The notes under the pieces were generated by a model, which had not been told where the DNA came from, searched no databases, and saw only the letters and a list, made by a program, of their open reading frames with translations. Shown piece after piece: positions 45,963-57,800 of a stretch of DNA of 64,000 nt. The stretch is from assembly GCA_036867785.1 (NCBI GenBank), contig CP145427.1:434001-498000 (forward strand), given 5' to 3'. The translations under genes were made by a program, and so were the position numbers. The stretch's first letter is position 1. Each line of letters starts with the position of its first letter. The DNA comes from Plasmodiophora brassicae (lineage: Eukaryota).

Positions 45963-48364
45963 ATGGCGGAATCGGGACCAGGCTCGGACGTGTCTTTCAG
46001 ACAACGATTTGATATGATCGCAAATCGTTGCGAGACCGCCGGCATCGTACGTTGCTTGTCTTGACGATCCTCAAGTGTGGTTACGAAATCTTACTCTTTA
46101 GATGGACGCTCCCGATGACGAAAGTGACGAGACCATGCGGTCGAATGCTATATTTGTTGACACAATGTTCACGCTCGCAAAAGATGTAATCAGCCTTCTC
46201 ATCGATCTGCTCGTGGAGTTTAGCTTTGATACTCCAAAGGATCAGACACTCTCGTTGGCTGGTTGGTACAGGGTTGGCTTTCTCCGCATTCTGTTGAAAC
46301 TCATATATCTGTTTGGACACAGGCGTGCTGCGCGAACTGCTAGCCACTGCAGTCACGTTTGATCGGGTGTTAATAATGAAATCGGGCGTACTGATAGAGG
46401 GTGCTGCTGCCTGGGATAGATTGAACCCAACGCGAAACGAGCGTAATAACATCATTACGTCTTGGGCGTTAGGCGCCAGACTTCATGTATGCCCAAATCG
46501 TCTCGAGATGACCATGAAGACGTCTTTAACATTTAGAGTGTAGCCGTTCGACGATGCGCTTCGTTTTATTGCTGAACCATTTCCGTGCCTCACGTTGCTG
46601 AAACACGCTCTGCTTCAGAACTCGCAAACGACGGACGTTCGTGATCGGGTGTTGGATGGCCTTGTAAAGATGATTTCCAGTCCTTTGTGTTGTCCTTTCC
46701 CCTTGTACGTGATGTTCCTGTCAACAGCTTTATAATGTCTGTGCACTTATACATTCAGCTGCAGGTCTGAACATGTGGAATCGTTTGCTGCATCCATTTT
46801 CTTGCTCGCCGCGTGCTTTTCCATAACTAATGTTCAGAAGCGTATTTATATTGACAGCATTATTAAGCCGGAAACGCTTGCAACCCTTTTCATCGGTGCT
46901 GATGATTTCCTCACCAAGCTACTTCGGCGTGCTGTTGGACCTTTCATTACCGACGACTTCCCCGAGTACCGCGATGTTGTCGACGCTGCGCGCTCTTCTA
47001 TTGAAAGTCGTCATTTTCTTAAGTTGGCGTCGAAACATGGCGCGTTGGCCAAGCACTATGTTGACCGAGGCTTAACTATCGCGCTCAGCATTGAGCTGGA
47101 ACCTTGGATGTGCGAGGCGTTACCCTTTGAAGCCGGCCTGAGTGGAGGTCTTCTGATTCCATTACCCCCGTACCTGCTCGAGCTGTTCGAGAAACCTGGC
47201 GTTTGCCGTCGCGCGCATGTTCTTGTCTGCGGTTTATTGCATATTGGTCTTGTAGCAGGACCTCCTGGAAAGCGTGGCCCCCTTCTCCCTGATCCTCGCG
47301 AAGGCTGTCGCATTGTTTCTGGAGTGCTGAGCGATGAGGACATTTACGCCGCATCAGAGGCATTTCCTACCGCTGTCTCGTTTTCGTTGCTGGCAACCGC
47401 TTTATCGGACTTACTGCTTGTCGACTTCGGGACCGCCAAAGCTCTCAATGTTGCTCTGACGAAGCCAATGCCGTTGCGTTTTGCTGGCCTGCACATACTA
47501 CCTGTTGCGTTCTGTAGCAGGCTAGCGGCTGGCAAGTTTCCCCTACCTGCGGAAGCGAGGCATCGGGATGACTGGGCACACAACCTAACCCCAGGACAGA
47601 TGATGTGTTCTCCTGATGTGTCCGGTACCGTGCTGTGCACAGGCGTTCTTGTAGAACTTCCCGACAAAGAGGTGGTGATGGTCGGCGCGACCCATGGGTT
47701 CTTCAAGCACCAGGATCTCCTGGACCTTGGTTGCAAGTGCTTGCCACTCCAGCTATCATCGATGCATCAGAACCGACTCAACGGCACCGAGGTCTACCAC
47801 CGAGACAGGCAGGAGTTCATCGGCAACCTGCTTCGCATTGTTGACGATATTACCTGCGTCAAATCCTCAGAGGATTGCTATGAATTGAATAAGTTTGACT
47901 GGTGCTTTATCCGGGTCGACAAAGCCGTGGAAGAGAGGTTTTCGAACGCAATCCATGGCATTCAACTACGTCGCCTTGGATCGATCGAGCACCTGAAGTA
48001 CCCGCCGGCGCGCAACGTCAATTTCGAAACGCCGTACCGGCTTTACGTTGACAAAGAGTTTTTACCAAGCGTCGGGTTTCGGAAGATCACCTTCTTGTTC
48101 CGGCAGGTTTTCAGGTCCAAGCGAGGCAAAGGAGGTATCCTCAAGAGGGCCGTATTTCAGATGGACGACAACGACGGCGCGGACCATGCCGATAGCGACG
48201 GTGCGTGCAACTCGCCCATCTTCGACATTCAAGGGACTGTCTTTGGCAAGGTCCGGGGCATCATGGACAAGCCCCGTATGTTCGCCATCACGCCCATGCC
48301 GCCAGAAATGGAGCGCGCGCGTATCGTTGTACCGCCGGTGTTCGCAGGTCAGCACGTCAGCTAA
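45963..48364 (+). CDS. Spliced gene for a protein with a C-terminal chymotrypsin-fold domain and putative His/Asp/Cys triad
   Basis: Four short upstream exons (first intron 46047-46101 in phase) lead into ORF 46775..48364; VGATHGFF (His 47693), FDWCFIRV (Asp 47897), DGACNSPIFD..GTVFG (Cys 48206). Confidence 0.7.
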
Positions 48365-49108
48365 AACAGCTAGCTCCTGGTAGCTCAGTGTGGGGCTTCG
48401 CCCCCTTCGCGCATTCATAGCAATACACACCTGACCTCTATACTCTATGTCGTGAATCCGTTTCGTGCACGTAGGTATGTTACATCATCCACTGGACCGA
48501 ATCTAGATGCGTTCGAGGAGTGTTAATGCGTGCATCGTGAAGATATCGGGTAGCGCTACTGTTTGCACCCCAAGCATGTATCTTCAACGCAAACGTGTAC
48601 AGAGTTTAATGGTGGCCATGGTGTCCGTGATGGCCGCCGTGATGCATGTGGTGCCCATGATGTCCGCCGTGCTGCGTTGACAACCAGCGCACCGATCAGA
48701 CATCAGCAGGGCGCAAACCGCTCACAGAAACACCTACATGACCGTGATGGCCCATCGCCGTCACCGACCCGATCATCGCCACGACGACCAGGGCAATCAG
48801 CGCCCCGGCCCGCTTCACAATCGACATGCTGCGCGCGGTCCCCGATTCTTATGAACGCAGGCGCCCCGAGATCCAGGGTACGATATTTAGAATGAACCAC
48901 CCGACGCGCAACGTCGTCGCACGCACTGTGCAGCTCGTGACTCAACGCAGCGACGTGTCGCCCCCCGTCCAGTGGCGCAGTTCCGTGTTGCGGCGTGACG
49001 GCGTGAACAGCACGTCGTGGGGGCGCGGTGGGGGCGTTACAGCGAGCGCGTGTCGATCGACTAAAAATAACCGGGGCGGTCGGGCGCGCCTTGGATGGTG
49101 ATTGGCGG

Positions 49109-50719
49109 ATGGGCGGATTCGGGGCGCTCGGCGATGACGACCGCACCTGGGGCGTACACCACTGGGTCATCGGCGTCGTCCTCGCCTGCCTCGCGTCCGT
49201 CATCTCCAACCTGGGCATCAACCTGCAGAAGCTGTCGCACATGCGGCGGGCGCGCGGCCGGGCGCCCGTGCCCCTGTCGTCGCCGACGGCGCCGACGACC
49301 GCCTCGGCGCTGTCCGATATCAACCAGACCAAGTACTACCTGCAGCCGCTGTGGGTCTCCGGCATCACCCTCGTTATTCTCGGCGCCATTGCCGACTTCT
49401 TCGCGCTGGCGTTCGCTCCCCAGGTACGAGCCGCATTGCGTCCACACCGATCCCGTCGTGAAGATCGTTGCGCACAGGTTGTCATTGCCCCGCTCGGGTC
49501 AGTGACGCTCATCGCGAACGTGTTCTTTGCGCCGCTACTGCTGGAAGAGACGATCAATCGCAGAGGTAGCCGCGGTCGCTACGCTGACGTCTTCCCCTGT
49601 CGCTGAACGGCAAACGCACAGAGGTCCTCGCCGTATCGATCATCATCATCGGGTCTGTCATCAGCGTCTGGTTTGCATCCCATGATGACAAGCTGTTCGG
49701 TCTGGACGAACTGTTCGAGCTGTACGTACCCCGGCCAACATCGTGTGGATCACGCGCGTCATGATCCCCTTGCCATAGGTACACGAAGCCGAGGTTCCTT
49801 ATATTCGCGGTCCTCATCATGGGCATCATCTGCGTCATGCTGTCGGCCCTCGAGCATTACGACCGGCTACGCGCCGACGCCGTCACGTCGCAGAAAGCGT
49901 CGCATGCTCAACTGGCGAGCCTCCTCGACGACGGTCCGCTCAGGTTGCGTCGCCGTCCAGCACGATCCGCGCTGATCCATATGGGCAGGTCACGTGCACT
50001 CGGACGCGGACCTGGCCCCCCAGTTGACGCCGGCCATGATCTTCTACCAGACCAGGGCCGTCAAGATCCACCGGTTCCTGTACCCCGCGCTGTCAGGCAT
50101 CATCGGTGCGCAGAACGTCCTGTTCGCCAAGTGGGTGCGCGCGCCTACCCGATCGCCTGGCCAGCGTCGCGGCTGACACACACGTTTGATCAGGTGCACC
50201 GCTGAGCTTCTGTACGGCAGCATGGCGGGCGGGAAGCTGCTGTTCGTCCACCTGCCGACCTACATGGTGATCGCCGCACTGGGCATCACCATATTCTTCC
50301 AGATCAAGTACCTGAACGACGGCCTGTACCTGTTCGAGGCGTCGTACGTCGTGCCCGTGTTCCAGACGTTCTGGTGTCTGGGGTCGGTCGCATCCGGGCT
50401 CGTCTTTTTCGGCGAGTACCAGCACATGCAGGCCGGGCAGATGTCCATGTTCTTCCTTGGCATTGGCGTCACTGTCTCTGGTCTGATGCTGCTGTCGAAG
50501 CGGGAGGTTCGCGACCAGATCGAGGACTGGAGGCCGTCCCCGCGTCCCAGACGGCCTGCTCGACGACAGTCGGTGCACGTCGAGCTGGGCGGGGACCCCG
50601 ATGGTCACCATCCCCGGCTGAAGCCTGCCGCTCTGTCCGAGATCAGCATGCGAACCGATACGTACTCGGATACGGAGCCGTCCCCTAGGTCGTATCTTCT
50701 GACGGCCAACCATCGATAA
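49109..50719 (+). CDS. NIPA-family magnesium transporter, multi-exon
   Basis: IGVVLACLASVISNLGINLQKLSH, YYLQPLWVSG, DFFALAFAPQ..IAPLGSVTL, QIKYLNDGLYLFEASYVVPVFQ..SGLVFFGE. Confidence 0.92.
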
Positions 50720-51121
50720 ACCCACATGAGACTATAAATAGTATAATCCAGAGATATGTTTCCCCTGTTTACACCTGCCGGGGAATAGCGAACACGTTGT
50801 CGTCGAGGGCACCACCCTTTGCAGACGACAACTGCGGGGTGGATCGCGTGACGGGACCGGGGATCGTCGCCAGCTCGGCGGCAGGCCGTGGCAGCCCGCG
50901 GTGCGCGCGGAGGGGGCGACGTCGGCTGCGCCGGAAGGCCACGGACTGCGCGGCAACACAGACTGCTCCTGACTGACGGCGTCCGCCCCGCGGCCGTTCG
51001 CCCGTCCGTCCGGGGTCCGGCGTTCCGTCCGCCCGTCCGTCCGCAGTCCGGCCACCATCCGTCCGTCATCTCTGATCAGGACGCCCGCATCGACCTGCGC
51101 CTAGCCGCTGGGGCCACCTCT

Positions 51122-53048
51122 ATGCAGGATGCACGCCCGACCGGTGCTGCCGGTGGGCCCGCTGCAGCGTGCGCCGCCGCCGTCAGCCTGTCGACCGCCG
51201 GGCGCGAGCGCAGCAGCGCGCCCGGCGGCCACCCCGTCACGCTGCTCATGCACCGGGCGACGACCGTCGGCAAGGCGGCCGGCGGCGACGGCGTCGTCGC
51301 CGGGGGCAGCGCGGGGAGCAGCCCGGCGAGCTCGCCCGCCCCGTCGCCGCACGACGATGCCAACCGGCGCGTCTCCGTCGCCTGCAACGAGTGCGTGCGC
51401 GCCAAGATGAGATGCAGTAACGAGGTCGCACGCGGCGTCTCGCCGTTCAGCGCGCGCGCGCCCCACCCTGTTCGCTGACGTGTGTGTGTTTGCGTGTGTT
51501 GCAGCGCCCGTGCTCCCGGTGCGTCCGCCGGTGCTGCGAGCACCTGTGCGTGGATCGCCCGTCGCGCACCGTGCCGAACGCGCCGACGCCCGCCGTCGTC
51601 ATCTCGACGGCGACGGTGCGGTCCGGCAAGCGCCAGCGGGTCGCGACGCGCACGGCGTGCCGGTCGTGCGTGCAGGAGCGCGCCGCCTGCGACCGCGAGG
51701 TACGTAAACGCGACGGCGAGGGGGGCGCGCACCCCCTCCGCGCGGCGACAAACTGCGTGACTGCTGACGCGCGCTATTTTTGTCGCAGAGGCCGTGCGGC
51801 CGCTGTCGGGCCCGGGGCGCACCTCAGGAATGCTGCGACCGGCTGCCGGGCGACCTGCAGACTGAATCCGACCGCCTGCTCCGAGGGGATATGCCCGGCG
51901 GCGGCGGCGGCGACGACGCGCGCCCGACCGACACCGACTCGGACGACGACGTGACGGCGTCGACGATGTCGGCGCCGCCCGTCCACCACGGGTTCTATCA
52001 GGCGGCGCCGCCGAACGCGCCACCGCCATCATCCACGACCGCCAGCACGGGCGTGTTGGCGTCCGGCGGCGGGCACCCGCCGATCGCGATCGGCAACCCG
52101 GGCGGGCAACCGCGACAGGTACCAGCGTGGTCGTGCGCCTCCGACGACGTCCTCTGCCTGACCTCGGGGCGTTCGTGTCGACAGCATCACGGGCGGTCCG
52201 CGTCGACGACGTCCTTCATGCCGTACCTGGACGGGCGCGCCGCCGGCCGCAAGACGCCGCTGCCGCGTAACAAGACGCCTTACATGGCCAGGACGCCGTC
52301 CGTGTTCCCCGTCCAGCTCATGTCGCACTGGCGGTTCGCCTACAAGCGGTACTCGCCGGCGATGACGGCGTCGCTGCTGCTGTCGCCCGGGCGCCTGTCC
52401 GCCTTCCTGTCCATGTCGATGGAGGTGCTGTCGGGCGGCGAGATCCGCGACATGCGCATGGAGATGATCGTCCACGCCATGCAGGAGGCCGGCCCGCTGC
52501 AGGCGGAGCTCTGCTGGCTGTGCGCCTCGCCCTACACGCTGCTCCCGATGGAGTTCCGCTGCATCGCCCTGTACCAGGACGCGCAGTCGGCGCCCGCCGG
52601 CGCCTGCGAACCGTTCCTGACGATCGGCGACGACGATATCCTCCGGATCGCGTTCTGGGAGTCGCCGGTTGCCGTCCTGCGCCTCGGCTTCGACACGCTG
52701 GTCGACAAGGTCCAGGTGTCGTTGTCGTTGAACGCGGAGGCGCAGAAGATGCTCGGGTACGCCAGCCACGTCGAGCTGGACGGGATCCGCTACGAGTTCC
52801 AGCAGAAGGCGACGACGATCCCGCACCGCGTGCCCTTCTTCTGGCGCCTGTTCTCGCAGCGCTCCCTGTACATTCTCGGGTGCGCCCAGCTCGAGCGCAT
52901 GTTCCGCGCCCTGACGCAGATGCGGGTCGACGTCGAGCTCGTCGCCAGCACCGGCCTGCACATCGCCAGCCGCACGTACTGGAAGTACCGGACCAACAGC
53001 GACGGCACGATCCGCGACATCCTCATCGCCGTGAAGCGCATGGCCTAG
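51122..53048 (+). CDS. Transcription factor with two Zn(II)2Cys6 clusters and a PAS-like C-terminus
   Basis: ACNECVRAKMRCSNE/RPCSRCVRRCCEHLC and ACRSCVQERAACDRE/RPCGRCRARGAPQEC, each split by an intron at the same position; SLNAEAQKMLGY. Confidence 0.8.
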
Positions 53049-53169
53049 CGGGCGGCCCGCGCATGGGCGTCCACATCATAATCCCCGACCTTCTACTATA
53101 TAGTACAATAGCAACGGATCTATTTGAACACAGTGGACGGGCGGGTGGGGACCGAGATCGACCGCCAGG

Positions 53170-54198
53170 TCACCACGACGCCCCGGCAAGGTAGCCGATC
53201 ACAGTGCCGGTGACCAGGGACAGGACGACGGCGCCGAGGACGCTGGACGACATCCAGGGCGACGCCTGCGCGTTGTGCAGCGCGACAGCGGGCGGGACGC
53301 CCTTGACGACGGCGCGGCACCCGGCGAGCTCGTTTCCGTCGTGCACGTAGTACTGGGCGAACAGGTCGTTCTGGACCCACAGCAGCTTGTTGAACGCGAC
53401 GATCAGGTCCCGGGTGGCCGACGGGTCCAGCGGCAGGTTGGAGATCTCGGCGATCAGCACGCTTTCGACAAAGGTCAGCAGCGCGTTGATGTGGATGTAC
53501 TCGATGCGGTTCGCCGTCTTCTTGAACTTGTTCGGCGTGTGGATCTGTTTCCAGGGACGGCGCCGGTGATCAGCAGACGTACGTCAGGCGATGCGACGGG
53601 GACGACGTACCACGGCGACCCAGTCCAGGTACTTCAGCATCGACTCGTTATAGTCGGCCGTGACGACCTTGACGAGGTACTTTGACAGCATGTCCTTGCG
53701 GAACCTGATCTGCTCGCTGCAAGATCGCACAGACGTCACCAATATGACGATGCGCGCCGGGCAGCCCGCCTGCACACACCTGTCCATGGAGAGATCGTTG
53801 CCGGCCAGGATGGTGCGCCCTTTGTACCCCTCCATGCGGGTCGCGAAGATGTCCCTCGTGATATCGAACGAGAACAGTTTGTCGTACACTGCAGGCGCAC
53901 GCAATCGTGAGTGTGCAAACGAACTCAGGCGACGATTTCGGACCGGACCTGCATCGACCAGCTTGGGGACCAGCGGCCCTAGATGCGGGGCCGCATCCCG
54001 GATCGCTTTCTGATCGGCGTCGCCGAACTCGACGAACCTGCAGACGTAGCTGTACCGGTAGGCCAGGTCGGTGTACAACCTGTCGCGTTCGACCCGCTCG
54101 AGCGCATCCGTGTGCCCCTCCGCCCCCGCCTTCCACGCCGCCGGACGCGTGTCGCCCTTCTTCGTCGCCGTCGCCGTCGTCGTCGTCGTGTTCGTCAT
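53170..54198 (-). CDS. Protoglobin-type (globin-sensor) protein with C-terminal TM anchor, 4 exons
   Basis: LYTDLAYRYSYVCRFVEF, VYDKLFSFDIT, FRKDMLSKYL, YLDWVA/QIHT..IEYIHINALL, AFNKLLWVQNDLFAQYY; hydrophobic tail VLGAVVLSLVTGTVIGYLAG. Confidence 0.88.
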
Positions 54199-54824
54199 AC
54201 TCGTAACAGGGCGTTGATATGGATGTACTCGATACGGTTCGCGTTCTGCTTGAATTTGTTCGGCGTGTGGATCTGCGTTGCCACGCGGGCATGATTAAAA
54301 CGGGCCGCACGTGCGGAGTGACAGTGTGAGACGTACGACAGCGACCCAGTCGAGGTACTTCAGCATGGACTCGTTATAGTCGGAAGAGACGAGCTTGACC
54401 AGGTACTTTGAAAGCATGTCCTTGCGGAACTTGATTTGCTCACTACCAGCGGGGAGTGTCAGATACGGCGGTGGCGCGTCAATCGAGCGGCGCTCAAACC
54501 TGTCCATGGAGAGGTCGTTGCCGGACAGGACGGCCCGCCCAGTGAACCCTTCCATTCGTGCAGCGAAAGCTGCCTTCGTGATGTCGAACGTGAACAACTT
54601 GTCATAGACTAGGCGACGCTGAGACTTGGGCGTCGGCGGTCGTCGCACAGGACGTCGCAACCGTTACCTGCGTTGACCAGCGTGGGCACCAGAGGCCCCA
54701 GGTGCGGCGCCGCGTCCCGAATCGCTTTCTGGTCCTCGGCGCCGAACTCGACGAACTCGCAGACGTACGAAAACCGGTACGCCAGGTCTGTGTACAATCG
54801 ATCGCGATCGACATGCTCCGGCAT
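54195..54824 (-). CDS. 3'-truncated tandem duplicate of the sensor globin (or first module of a fused gene)
   Basis: Same three intron positions and near-identical protein up to IHINALL, then RV*; the TGA overlaps the ATG of the next copy. Confidence 0.7.
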
Positions 54825-55115
54825 CTCGCGGTCAACCTACAGGCTGCTTCTGAACAGGCAGTCAACGACGAGCCTGACGTCGAGTTGATCAAATACCGAC
54901 CCGATCCAATAACCTTGATCAGTGATCACGTGACCCGCCGCACTGAGTACTGGTGGAACCCGCTGGACCTCCGCGTTACGCTACACAATCGACATGTCTC
55001 GACCGGTGCGAACCCTGGCCATGCCATACCCTGCAACAGTTGAGGAATACACATCGTGAGATCCGCGACGAGGTGGGACACATGGGATGCACGAACCAAC
55101 GTAAGGGGGCGGTCT

Positions 55116-57428
55116 CTATTCGCCGCATGAGCAATGGCCATCTTGGAAAAAGTGGTACCGCTGCAGGTCACGAAGATGAATATCACGCCGGAGCACCGCC
55201 GACGCACGCTTCACGATGGCATGGCGGTCGGCGGCCAAGACCGTGTTCTTCGTCAACCGGACCACATCACCGACAGGCACAGTCATATGAGCATACGCGA
55301 CTGCAATGACCTCGCTCTGCTTTGCTCCGAACTGATCGGCGGCATCGTGCGGCCAGTCTTCGCGTAGGCGTTCTGCTAGATCACCGTGACACTCCTGCAA
55401 TGCCAGATCCGATCGAAGACACGTATCGTCGCAGACGAAATGCAGGGACCGATCCGACAGCTGTACCGATGTTCGCCAAGCATGACGGCCAGCGTCCGGG
55501 TTGGACAACGGTTGGGCAACGCTTTCCGAAGTCGCTAGATCGATGGGCTTGCAGTCGGGATCGCTGAGGTTGCTTGCTTGCCACGTGGAATTGGGCCGGA
55601 TGTTCCATTTGTCGGCGAATTCCGCTACGATCACGCTGGCCCGAGCCAGGTTGCCAGCGTTGGCGCATGCTGCCAACAAGGCGTGCAGCGACGCCTCCGT
55701 TGGTACCAGGCCGGCCTCCTTGATCTGGTCGTACACGTCGACAGCACGCGGCAGCATTCCATGCAGGGCATACGCTGAAATCATGGCGTTGAACACAGGT
55801 ACAGGCGGCACAGACGCCAGACAGCGACCATTGAATAGTTGCTGAGCGGAACGAACGGATCCGCATTCGGCGTACGCCACGGTCAGAGCGGCGATGACCG
55901 CGTCGACGTTCATAGACGGGCGCGTCCGACAGTACTGATGCAGCGTTTCGATTCGGGACAAATTCGAACAGCGACCGTACGCGAACACAAACGCGCTGAC
56001 CACGTACGCATTGCCAAAGTAGTTATTCCTGGTAGCCTCCTCATGAACCGCGTCGACCGAACAGACGTCAGCACAGCGACCGAACGCCGTCGCGAATGCC
56101 CGCACCAGAAAATCGCTTCCCAGGGCGGAGTTGTTGTTCTCCAATACGAACCGGTGCAGGGCCCGCACGGCCTCCAGGTCGCTCAGTCGCCCAAATGACG
56201 ACACGAACGAGCAGAATGCGGTGCTGTCTTTCCAGTAATGGTGATCTTGAGCGATCGCATGCAGACTGTCCAACGCAGAGGCACGCGAAGGGCAACGCCC
56301 ATACGCAGACGCTAGCGAGCTGACGATCCGGGGCCGGTCCAGTAAGGCGTTGTCGCGCGCATACTCGTGCAAGAAGTCCAAGGCGGATACACACGAGTAC
56401 CTGCTCGAGGTCGTGATCAGCGTGATCAGCACAGCGTCGAGGACGTTGCAGTCGGGGCGACCCGCCATGGCCTTAAACAGGTCCAACGCCTGCTCGACGC
56501 GGCCGGCTCGGGCGAGACCGATGACGACTAACGACAGCATGTGGACGGTCGGGCGCATCCCGTCCGCATCATCCAGACGCCCTAATGTCTGCAGCGCGTA
56601 CTCGAACCGATTCTGGGCGACCAGCGCCCTGATCAGGTTGCAGTACGTTTGCGGACACCACTGATGCTGGAAGCGCAGGCCATGGTCCAGCAGGCGTTCA
56701 GCCGTGTCCGCGCACCCCGATTCAGCACAGCAGGCCGCGAAGATGGACGACAGCCGCCGCGTCAGCTCCACGTTGTTGTCCAGGGCGTCGCCGACGAGGA
56801 ACAACGCCGAGCCGGGTCGGCCGGCCAGGCGACAGATGTGCGCAACGCCAAAGATGACGTTGTTGGAACGCGGCCCATGTGCCGGATAGCGTTGGAGGAC
56901 TTCGTCGGCCAGCGGCGGGCTGACAGATTGGCATGCGCCAAGGAACGTGCAGAACAGCGTATCGCAGACGCGCACGCCCGCAGCAACGGCCGCGTCCAAC
57001 ACGAGAGGAGCTTTCGATGGGGATAGGCGCCGGCAGGTCGACATCATGGTCTGGTAGAACCGGACGATCTCCGTGTCGCGATACAGCGCCGCCTGCACGG
57101 TTTCGAAGATCGCCCAGGCGCGGTCCGGGTCGCCCTCCTGACGCAGCGCCGATATGGCCAGCGCGATCGTCGGGCGCTCCCGGAACGCGTCGAACACGGG
57201 CGCCGCCGCGGGCGATCGCGCCGCCGTCGGGTCGCCATGTCGCGCCGGCCATACCCGGTGCCACAGGCGCAGCGCGTCGCTCGGCGCACCCGTACGCGTG
57301 TCAGCGGCCGCCGTGCACAGGCCAGCGCGTCGGCAACATGCGGCTGACACCCGGCGACGCATCCGAACGCCCCACAGCAGCCCAAAATGCCGAATGGGCG
57401 AGGCGAGCCCTCTCATCGCCCCCGCCAT
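55116..57428 (-). CDS. PPR protein with degenerate DYW-like C-terminal domain; Arg-rich N-terminus suggests organelle targeting
   Basis: PPR motifs (TYCNLIRALV, VFNAMISAYALHG, SLHALLAACANAG); terminus QSEVIAVAYA..VRLTKNTVLAADRH..K..S..RDIHLRD..RYHFFQDGHCSCGE*; start codon uncertain (57362/57416/57428). Confidence 0.85.
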   Translation of the reverse strand: MAGAMRGLASPIRHFGLLWGVRMRRRVSAACCRRAGLCTAAADTRTGAPSDALRLWHRVWPARHGDPTAARSPAAAPVFDAFRERPTIALAISALRQEGDPDRAWAIFETVQAALYRDTEIVRFYQTMMSTCRRLSPSKAPLVLDAAVAAGVRVCDTLFCTFLGACQSVSPPLADEVLQRYPAHGPRSNNVIFGVAHICRLAGRPGSALFLVGDALDNNVELTRRLSSIFAACCAESGCADTAERLLDHGLRFQHQWCPQTYCNLIRALVAQNRFEYALQTLGRLDDADGMRPTVHMLSLVVIGLARAGRVEQALDLFKAMAGRPDCNVLDAVLITLITTSSRYSCVSALDFLHEYARDNALLDRPRIVSSLASAYGRCPSRASALDSLHAIAQDHHYWKDSTAFCSFVSSFGRLSDLEAVRALHRFVLENNNSALGSDFLVRAFATAFGRCADVCSVDAVHEEATRNNYFGNAYVVSAFVFAYGRCSNLSRIETLHQYCRTRPSMNVDAVIAALTVAYAECGSVRSAQQLFNGRCLASVPPVPVFNAMISAYALHGMLPRAVDVYDQIKEAGLVPTEASLHALLAACANAGNLARASVIVAEFADKWNIRPNSTWQASNLSDPDCKPIDLATSESVAQPLSNPDAGRHAWRTSVQLSDRSLHFVCDDTCLRSDLALQECHGDLAERLREDWPHDAADQFGAKQSEVIAVAYAHMTVPVGDVVRLTKNTVLAADRHAIVKRASAVLRRDIHLRDLQRYHFFQDGHCSCGE

Positions 57429-57800
57429 CCCGTGCGCGACAGTCGTGAGCTGCATGCACACTGTGCGCCCCGTCGGGGACGCGTCCCAAAATAGTGCACG
57501 ACACACGAAGGTGCCGCATTGTATTTTTCGTATCGCGTTCCATCCGGTAGACTTGCGCCTGTTAACGACAGGTACACAACGCCTACGGTACGTTTGATCG
57601 CCGGTCGTTCGTACAGTGCGCGCTGGGTTGCCCCGAGGACCAATGCGGAGGCGGCCGCCGTCGACCGCGCTGACGCTCAACCTGGTCGGCCTTGCCGACG
57701 ACCATGCGAAGGCGCCGGCGCCTGACAGTGCCGCCCTGCGTCGACGTACATGATACCCATCGCGCGCCGGCTGCCGTGAACTGAACGTTGACGTGCAGGG

